Assembly (NCBI GenBank): GCA_965222155.1 | Contig: CBDCTH010000012.1 | Location: forward strand, 1,088,001-1,152,000 | DNA length: 64,000 nt | Direction: 5' to 3' | DNA from: Gammaproteobacteria bacterium | GTDB taxonomy: Bacteria; Pseudomonadota; Gammaproteobacteria; Eutrophobiales; Eutrophobiaceae | In this document: positions 56,890-64,000 of the stretch, piece after piece | Layout of the letters: every line of letters starts with the position of its first letter | How positions within the stretch are numbered: the stretch's first letter is position 1 | Program-made: the position numbers and the translations under genes | The notes under the pieces: model-generated | What the model was told of the DNA's origin: nothing | Databases searched by the model: none | Seen by the model: only the letters and a program-made list of their open reading frames with translations

Positions 56890-59232
56890 TCAGAAATTGT
56901 AATCCAGGGATACTCCGTAAGTCGCCGGCATCCCGTTCATCTTCACATAACAGCAATTGCTGGTAGAAGACGAGTGCCAGAATTCTTCATTGAAGATATT
57001 CCGCCCCCACAGGGTCACGCGCCAGCGTCCATCGGCCGCGCTGATCCCTGCACGTGCGTTAACCAGAAAATAATCACTGATGGGAGGCTGGACGGCGCCA
57101 TCGTTGTCATCCTTGTATGAAAAATCACTGGCTACCATCATGTTCATCCCATTGGATATGGGCCATTCGTAAGTCAATGTGCCGTTCGCCTGCCAGTTTG
57201 GCGAGTTGGCTAAATCAGAACCCGAGGCGTCAAATGTCACCACGTTGGGGAAAACACTGGCAAATTCATCGATGGCCTCATACTCCTTGATTTCAGTATT
57301 CAGCCAGGCGACGCCCAGGTCCAGGGTCAGTCCTGTTGTCATAAGCCAGTGTGACTCCATTTCGATGCCGACAGATTCCGATTCGGGCACGTTGGTCAGC
57401 CTTGAAATATTGCCGACCGGCGTGACGGCCACGCTGGGTTCCTGTTTATCTTCATAGTCATAATAGAAGCCGGCGACGTTAAGTTGCAGCCGGCCGCCAA
57501 ACAATGCAGATTTGAAACCCGCCTCATACGCCGTCAACGTTTCCGCTCTGTACGGTAATAACTGGCTGTGGGTTTGTGCCGCGGCGCCGTTAAAACCGCC
57601 GGACTTGAATCCTTTCGACACCGTGCCGTAAAGCAGTACGTCTTCCATGGGGCTGTAGTCCAGCGTGACTTTCCACATCCATTTTTCCGTGGAGATATCC
57701 TCGGAAAAAACGGCTAACTGGCCAAAAGTTGGTGAGCCGGGTCTTTCGTCATAAATACCGCAAGCGCTCGGACCGAGGGGTCCGGGATCCGGGAAACCCT
57801 GCGGCACCATAACGGAAGGTGTGAGGATAAAATTCCAGAGCGCGCCCAGCGAACCATCGCCGGTGTCATAAGTACAGCCGCTCCATTCCCGATCCTCTTC
57901 GGTGTAGCGGGCTCCCAGCGTCAACCGCAGGTCAGGAATAAATTCATATTCAATATGGCCAAAGCCAGCGATGGCTTCCGTGGTCTGATCATAACGGGTG
58001 TCTATATCCAGTCCCGGCGGGTTGCCGAAAAAGGCAATAAAGGATTCATCCATGTGCAATATATAACTCTCATTCATATCATCCCGGGAATAGTAGGCGC
58101 CCACCAGCCAGTACAGGTTGGAGTCATTATTGGATGAGATACGAATTTCCTGGGAAAAAACTTCCAGGTCGGTGATATTGAGAACGTCGGCGTCCTCAAA
58201 CCCGACGCCGGAGGTATCAAACCTTTCGTCCCGCTCAAACTTGTCATAAGCGGTAATCGTCGTCAGGTTGATCCCGCCTGTGTCCCAGTTCAGTTTTGCG
58301 GAAGCGCCCTTGAGGGTGTTATCCCGTTTCGGGGTGAAATCCGGCGACCAATCAGCCAGTCTGTTCTTTCCTTTGGAAAAGATGACGTTTCCGGGGGGGG
58401 GCAGGATTAATGAGGTTGGAAGCCCTATGGTTGTCCCGTCGAACGGCGTTGCGGCCATATTGTCGGAATTGTCCTCGTACCAATGCAGGTTGAGAAACAG
58501 CGATGCATTGTCATTGATATCCAGGTCCAGCAGGCCGCGCACAGCCACGTCATCGTACTCTCCAAGCCTGTCGCCCGGTCTGCTCAGGCTTTTTTGCCAG
58601 CCGTCGCCGGCTGACTGGGTAGTTTTCACCGCGACGCGGGCGCGGGCGTTATCGGTCAGCGGTCCGCTGACATAAGCTTCCGCGTCAATCACGTCAAAGC
58701 GGCTGTACCCGAGTTTTATTCCCGCCGCAAATTCATCCGTGGGTTTGCGGTTGACAAAGTTGATCTGGCCCGCGCTGGTATTGCGCCCGTAAAGGTCGCC
58801 CTGCGGTCCTTTCAGCACTTCGACCCGTTCCACGTCGAACAATACTCCACGGCTCATAACGGTATAAGGAATGCTCACCTCGTCGGAATAAAGACCGACG
58901 GTAGCGGAGGCCGAGGTGGTGTAATCCGCGAACCCAACGCCGCGAATGGTATAAACAGGTACGCCCTGGGGTTGCGCATTGGTAACGGTCAGTCCCGGAG
59001 TGATGGTTTCCAGGTGTTCCGCAGAACGGACTCCATAGTTTTCAAGCTGGGCCGCGGTGAACGCGTTGACGGTGATGCCCACGTCATTAATTCCCTGCTC
59101 GCGTTTTTGCGCGGTCACAATGACTCCTTCAAGCACAGTCTGCTGGCCCTGGACGAGACCGGGAGCAGCGACCAGTAGAGACAGCAGGTAGATGGCCGAC
59201 CTGCCGGAAACAGATATTTTCCTGGCTGACAT
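56890..59232 (-). CDS. TonB-dependent receptor
   Basis: VIVTAQKREQ, DVERVEVLKGPQGDLYGRN, terminal YNF. Confidence 0.93.
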   Translation of the reverse strand: MSARKISVSGRSAIYLLSLLVAAPGLVQGQQTVLEGVIVTAQKREQGINDVGITVNAFTAAQLENYGVRSAEHLETITPGLTVTNAQPQGVPVYTIRGVGFADYTTSASATVGLYSDEVSIPYTVMSRGVLFDVERVEVLKGPQGDLYGRNTSAGQINFVNRKPTDEFAAGIKLGYSRFDVIDAEAYVSGPLTDNARARVAVKTTQSAGDGWQKSLSRPGDRLGEYDDVAVRGLLDLDINDNASLFLNLHWYEDNSDNMAATPFDGTTIGLPTSLILPPPGNVIFSKGKNRLADWSPDFTPKRDNTLKGASAKLNWDTGGINLTTITAYDKFERDERFDTSGVGFEDADVLNITDLEVFSQEIRISSNNDSNLYWLVGAYYSRDDMNESYILHMDESFIAFFGNPPGLDIDTRYDQTTEAIAGFGHIEYEFIPDLRLTLGARYTEEDREWSGCTYDTGDGSLGALWNFILTPSVMVPQGFPDPGPLGPSACGIYDERPGSPTFGQLAVFSEDISTEKWMWKVTLDYSPMEDVLLYGTVSKGFKSGGFNGAAAQTHSQLLPYRAETLTAYEAGFKSALFGGRLQLNVAGFYYDYEDKQEPSVAVTPVGNISRLTNVPESESVGIEMESHWLMTTGLTLDLGVAWLNTEIKEYEAIDEFASVFPNVVTFDASGSDLANSPNWQANGTLTYEWPISNGMNMMVASDFSYKDDNDGAVQPPISDYFLVNARAGISAADGRWRVTLWGRNIFNEEFWHSSSTSNCCYVKMNGMPATYGVSLDYNF

Positions 59233-59486
59233 TTTTTCCCTCCGTTAAAGATGAGATTTACTTGGGTTTCTGATTGATTTGAGTATGAGTATTTATTTGC
59301 ATTCAGAGTTTAAAGTCAAGAATATATTTTGCTTTTACGCCATATTCTGTTGCAATACTGCAATTCATCTACTGATTCCTCCTTTTGTGAACGCGGTTGG
59401 GACGGTTTCTTTCGTGTAGACAGGTTTTTATTTATATTTGTAATAGTTTGCATTTCTGACAGGGCATAAAACAGGTTGAATGCCTG

Positions 59487-60656
59487 CTATGACGGCTCGG
59501 CGCTGCTCAAGTAAGCCAGGACGATAATCACGACAAGTACCTGCATGGTTATCATCATCGGTAAAGCCGTGCCATCGTGGAGCCAGCTGACTGCGAGTGC
59601 TGCGAGTGACCCTATTGCCATTTCCGCAGAGACGAGCATGGCTGCCGCAGCCCCGGTTCTTTTGTCGGTTGAATTCATGGCCAGAGTGGGTATCACGGCG
59701 AATATGGGCCCATCGGCAAATACGATAATTGCTATGGCGAGTATCAGGGTAACAGGTGTCTCTACTCCCGAAAAGATGATAGCCAGCAACAACAGGGCGC
59801 CGATTACCGCGGCGTAAACACCTGCTCGTAATATCGCCCTGGCCTCGTGCGTCCTGATCAACTGTGTTGCCAGCAGGCTGCCGATGACATAGGCAAGGAC
59901 GAGTACTCCCTGAAAATAACCGAAATGTTCGGTCGCCACACCATGATTCTTAATCAGGATAAAGGGTCCGGCGGTGATAAAGGCAAAGATACAGCCCAGG
60001 CTACAGCCGCCGACAGTGATATAAATCAGGAATGATTTGTTGCTGAGCAAGCCGCAATAATCGGCAAAAATTTCCTTCAGGTTCAGCGCATTGTAATCTT
60101 TTTCGGTTGATTCTTTCAGAACAAGGGCAATCAGCAGGGTTACCAGCAACGCCAGAATCGTGAGCAAATAGAAATTCACTCTCCAGCCGAAATACACGTG
60201 AATATAGCCACCCAACAGGGGCGCAACGGCAGGCGCGAAAGCCGTTGCAATGCCATAGATGGCAATGGCCCGCACCTGTTCCTTCTCGGTAAATACGTCC
60301 CGTATGATAGCAAGCACGACTACGCCTTCCACGGCGGCTGCGACCCCTTGGAGTATCCGGGCAAGGAGCAGTTGACCTATATCAGCGGCACTGGCGCAGA
60401 GAAGACTGGTCAGGGTAAATCCTATCATGCCCCAGAGCAGGACCGGTTTCCTCCCAAACCGCTCCGATAAAGGGCCGTGAACCAGGGTTGCAATGCCGTA
60501 AGCCGCTATATTGAGGCTTACCGTCAGCTTGACCAATTGGGGACTGGCGCCAAGCAGTTCCGGTAAATGAGCCAGGCTCGGCACATACAAATCCGTCGAC
60601 ATCATGGTGATGACACTGGCCGAGACAAGCAGTATGAGGAGAATGCGTTTGTTCAT
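59487..60656 (-). CDS. MFS transporter, Bcr/CflA (DHA1) family
   Basis: DLYVPSL, GPLSERFGRKPV, ARILQG, APLLGG, GWRVNF. Confidence 0.9.
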   Translation of the reverse strand: MNKRILLILLVSASVITMMSTDLYVPSLAHLPELLGASPQLVKLTVSLNIAAYGIATLVHGPLSERFGRKPVLLWGMIGFTLTSLLCASAADIGQLLLARILQGVAAAVEGVVVLAIIRDVFTEKEQVRAIAIYGIATAFAPAVAPLLGGYIHVYFGWRVNFYLLTILALLVTLLIALVLKESTEKDYNALNLKEIFADYCGLLSNKSFLIYITVGGCSLGCIFAFITAGPFILIKNHGVATEHFGYFQGVLVLAYVIGSLLATQLIRTHEARAILRAGVYAAVIGALLLLAIIFSGVETPVTLILAIAIIVFADGPIFAVIPTLAMNSTDKRTGAAAAMLVSAEMAIGSLAALAVSWLHDGTALPMMITMQVLVVIIVLAYLSSAEPS

Positions 60657-60935
60657 AGTTCCTTACTGAGAAAAGGGCGCTTGGATAATAATATGCTGAG
60701 TATCTGTGAGAATTAACCGATTGAATTGTTGAACCAAAGTAAATTATGGAATGGGATGTTGATTAATCAGTTGATTAGACAGTATTCCATTTTGGAACCA
60801 TAATGTAACTACCGTATTTCTTGGAGACATATTCCATGCCTGCATTGACTATAAAAAATATTCCTGATGAGCTCTATAACGAGCTTAAACTTGTTGCCGA
60901 GCAACATCAAAGAAATATTAACAGTGAAGTGATCG

Positions 60936-61790
60936 TTGACTCGATTTGACGAACTGTTTCCCGGGTGGATAGCAAAGGTTGACAATTGTAGCGAGATCAT
61001 TTCGCCTGTTCCTGTCAACAGGCTGGCGGCCACACTGGATGAAGCGGCGCCGGACTACAGGGAGGGTGATAAGCTGCCGCCATTATGGCATTGGATTTTT
61101 TTTATCAAACCTGTATCCCACGCCGGCCTGGGCAAGGACGGTCATCCGAAACGGGGCGGTTTCCTTCCTCCCGTGCCGTTACCCCGGCGCCTGTTTGCCG
61201 GGATGAAGACAGACTTCCTGCATCCGCTCATTATCGGCCATGCAGCCGAGCGTGAGTCAGAGGTCACTGACATAAAAGAAAAAACAGGCGCATCCGGACC
61301 TTTGTTCTTCGTCAAGGTGCAGTCGAGGATCAGGCAAAAGGGACGGTTGTGTATTATTGATGAGCAGGAAATTGTCTACCGGGAAATGAGCGCGCCCATG
61401 ACAATACCGGAAGCAAAACTCTTACCGGAGCCACCGGCAAACAGTTGGACGCAGGAAATGATCGTGGATGCGGCCATGTTGTTTCGTTTTTCGGCGGTGA
61501 CCTTTAACGGACATAAGATCCATTATGACAGAACTTACGCCGCGACAGAGGAAGGCTATCCCGCCCTCGTCGTACACGCCCCCCTGGTAGCCATGCTGCT
61601 ATTGCAACTGCTGAGGAGAAACACCGATAAAACACTCAGCAGGTTTGAGTACCGCGCCAAAGCGCCGCTGTTTGACGGCCAGGCTTTTCAGTTGTCGGCT
61701 GTTACGGAGGGAACCGATACCGTCAATATGCAGGTATTACGCGCAGATGGAAAAATTGCAGCCCAGGCAAGGTGTGTCACGTCCAAATGA
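60936..61790 (+). CDS. meh: Mesaconyl-C4-CoA hydratase-like (FAS1/MaoC double hot-dog) dehydratase
   Basis: LPPLWHW.FF, DGHPKRGGFLPP.PLPRR, LFRFSAVTFNGHKIHYD..YA..EGYP.LVVH. Confidence 0.75.
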   Translation: MTRFDELFPGWIAKVDNCSEIISPVPVNRLAATLDEAAPDYREGDKLPPLWHWIFFIKPVSHAGLGKDGHPKRGGFLPPVPLPRRLFAGMKTDFLHPLIIGHAAERESEVTDIKEKTGASGPLFFVKVQSRIRQKGRLCIIDEQEIVYREMSAPMTIPEAKLLPEPPANSWTQEMIVDAAMLFRFSAVTFNGHKIHYDRTYAATEEGYPALVVHAPLVAMLLLQLLRRNTDKTLSRFEYRAKAPLFDGQAFQLSAVTEGTDTVNMQVLRADGKIAAQARCVTSK

Positions 61791-61799
61791 AATAAAGCC

Positions 61800-61836
61800 A
61801 CAGAAGGGGACGGATTTGAAATCCGTCCCCTTCTGT
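61800..61836. repeat. Family B extended palindrome after the meh stop
   Basis: ACAGAAGGGGACGGATTT-G-AAATCCGTCCCCTTCTGT. Confidence 0.8.
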
Positions 61837-61897
61837 CTTGTAAGAATCACTGTATTGACCTCGATTTAGCGGGAGCACCTGCCTACTCTTAGACATT

Positions 61898-62161
61898 ATG
61901 CCGACGGTCTGGATCCCAACAGCTATGCAGACGTATACCGGCGGCAAGGAAATCGTCGAGATGGAAGGTCGTAACGTGAGGAGACTGATCGCCGCCCTGG
62001 ACGATACCTACCCCGGATTAAAGGATGCACTCATGGAAGGTGACAGACTCAAACCTGGCATCGCGGTTGCCGTTAACGGGCAAATCAGCCACTTGGGGGC
62101 ACTGCAACCCCTGGAAGAAAACAATGAGGTCTTTTTCGTCCCTGCTATCGGCGGAGGGTAG
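61898..62161 (+). CDS. MoaD/ThiS-family ubiquitin-like protein
   Basis: 87 aa beta-grasp pattern; IAVAVNG; C-terminal PAIGGG. Confidence 0.85.
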   Translation: MPTVWIPTAMQTYTGGKEIVEMEGRNVRRLIAALDDTYPGLKDALMEGDRLKPGIAVAVNGQISHLGALQPLEENNEVFFVPAIGGG

Positions 62162-62191
62162 TATAAACCGCCCTACCTGTCATTCCTGCAC

Positions 62192-63863
62192 AGGCTGCAC
62201 TCCCGTCATACTGGCGAATGCCAGTATCCAGTCCATAAATTATCCCTTATAAATAAGGAAGGTTTGTTTACTGGATTCCGGCCTGCGCCGGAATGACAGG
62301 TGTTCCGGTGTTAAAGTCACCCGGTAGATCGCACCCTTATCATCCGAGATCAGGAGGCTGCACTCCCGTCATACTGGCGAATGCCAGGTCCATAAATTAT
62401 CCCTTATAAATAAGGAGGGTTTGTTTACTGGATTCCGGCCTGCGCCGGAATGACAGGTGTTCCGGTGTTATTCCCCCTGGTAAGTCACCCGGTAGATCGC
62501 ACCTCACCTTATCATCCGAGATCAGGAGGCTGCACTCCCGTCATACTGGCGAATGCCAGTATCCAGTCCATAAAGTATCCCTTATAAATAAGGAAGGTTT
62601 GTTTACTGGATTCCGGCCTGCGCCGGAATGACAGGTGTTCCGGTGTTATTCCCCCTGGTAAGTCACCCGGTAGATCGCACCTGACCTTATCATCCGAGAT
62701 CAGGAGGCTGCACTCCCGTCATACTGGCGAATGCCAGTATCCAGTCCGTATCCCTTATAAATAAGGAAGGTTTGTTTACTGGATTCCGGCCTGCGCCGGA
62801 ATGACAGGTGTTCCGGTGTTATTCCCCCTGGTAAGTCACCCGGTAGATCGCACCTGACCTTATCATCCGAGATCAGGAGGCTGCACTCCCGTCATACTGG
62901 CGAATGCCAGTATCCAGTCCATAAAGTATCCCTTATAAATAAGGAAGGTTTGTTTACTGGATTCCGGCCTGCGCCGGAATGACAGGTGTTTCGGTGTTAT
63001 TCCCCCTGGTAAGTCACCCGGTAGATCGCACTCACCTTATCATCCGAGATCAGGAGGCTGCACTCCCGTCATACTGGCGAATGCCAGTATCCAGTCATAA
63101 ATTATCCCTTATAAATAAGGAGGGTTTGTTTACTGGATTCCGGCCTGCGCCGGAATGACAGGTGTTCCGGTGTTATTCCCCCTGGTAAGTCACCCGGTAG
63201 ATCGCACCTTATCATCCGAGATCAGGAGGCTGCCATCCCGTCATACTGGCGAATGCCAGTATCCAGTCCATAAATTATCCCTTATAAATAAGGAAGGTTT
63301 GTTTACTGGATTCCGGCCTGCGCCGGAATGACAGGTGTTCCGGTGTTATTCCCCCTGGTAAGTCACCCGGTAGATCGCACCTTATCATCCGAGATCAGGA
63401 GGCTCATCCCGTCATACTGGCGAATGCCAGTATCCAGTCCATAAAGGCTGTTTACTGGATTCCGGCCTGCGCCGGAATGACATACTGGTGCACCCGTAAT
63501 GCCAGTATGCCATCCCGTCATACTGGCGAATGCCAGTATCCATTATCCCTTATAAATAAGGAAGGTTTGTTTACTGGATTCCGGCCTGCGCCGGAATGAC
63601 AGGTGTTCCGGTGTTATTCCCCCTGGTAAGTCACCCGGTAGATCGCACCTGACTTATCATCCGAGATCAGGAGGCTGCACTCCCGTCATACTGGCGAATG
63701 CCAGTATCCAGTCCATAAATTATCCCCTTATAAATAAGGAGGGTTTGTTTACTGGATTCCGGCCTGCGCCGGAATGACAGGTGTTCCGGTGTTATTCCCC
63801 CTGGTAAGTCACCCGGTAGATCGCACCTGACTTATCATCCGAGATCAGGAGGCTGCCATCCCG
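62192..63863. repeat. Tandem array of ~10 units of ~163-178 bp (family A doublet plus 3' end of the adjacent dehydrogenase gene)
   Basis: Units start with AGGCT(G/C) at 62192, 62355, 62527, 62705, 62878, 63055, 63227, 63400 (garbled), ~63505 and 63672. Differences are mostly indels. Confidence 0.9.
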
Positions 63864-64000
63864 GGATACCAGTACATCGTTGGGGCGTCCCGATACCTCG
63901 TCGTCCTTCAGCCACAGGTTCAGGAACGGTTCATACACCGGCCCGGCTTCGCCGAAGCGCACGACACTGACGCGATAACCCACCTTGGAGGAGCGGTTCC
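63792..64000 (-). CDS. PQQ-dependent sugar/sorbosone dehydrogenase family protein, C-terminal end (runs off window)
   Basis: WNRSSKVGYRV..., GRPNDV...DGSLLISDDKSGAIYRVTY. Confidence 0.85.
   Translation of the reverse strand, partial: NRSSKVGYRVSVVRFGEAGPVYEPFLNLWLKDDEVSGRPNDVLVSRDGSLLISDDKSGAIYRVTYQGE

Noticed and set aside
53469-61790. Autotrophic 3-hydroxypropionate bi-cycle
   Set aside because: Only mct and meh are present; malonyl-CoA reductase, propionyl-CoA synthase and mcl are not in the window.
62192-63863. CRISPR array
   Set aside because: Units are ~175 bp and repeat in full; there are no unique spacers and no cas genes.

Overview
A 64 kb bacterial chromosomal segment, about 55% GC by eye, probably from a heterotrophic proteobacterium (taxonomy is inference). 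There are no rRNA or tRNA genes, CRISPR array or transposase. From left to right: (1) 1-1.3 kb, decayed defence remnants: a Schlafen/AlbA-domain gene and a collapsed type I R-M locus. (2) 1.4-28 kb, quaternary-amine catabolism: BCCT transporter, GlxA/CdhR-like regulator, cdhC, carnitine dehydrogenase, caiD-like hydratase, acyl-CoA dehydrogenase, corrinoid protein plus non-pyrrolysine MttB-family methyltransferase, and two DMG/sarcosine dehydrogenase-like flavoproteins. This is interleaved with a sulfotransferase/AspH/TPR/TonB-receptor module and an HD-domain protein. (3) 30.4-53.3 kb, the most interesting part: a co-oriented aromatic cluster divergent from a GntR regulator. It combines a soluble, TAT-less catabolic-type B12 reductive dehalogenase translationally coupled to an HpaB/PheA1-type monooxygenase, a Cys-containing GST, an HCCA-isomerase-like protein, dmpCEFGH, a YCF48/RND/DUF1302/2xDUF1329 envelope module, a 2Fe-2S ferredoxin and a hydroxyquinol-type intradiol dioxygenase. 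No extradiol dioxygenase or 4-oxalocrotonate tautomerase is present. (4) 53.5-64 kb: mct and meh separated by typA and a TBDR-MFS pair, a MoaD/ThiS protein, and a 1.7 kb tandem array of ~175 bp units. Intergenic spaces are saturated with several nested REP-like palindrome families, and two copies lie in frame inside proteins. All product calls come from motif recognition only; no database search was run.
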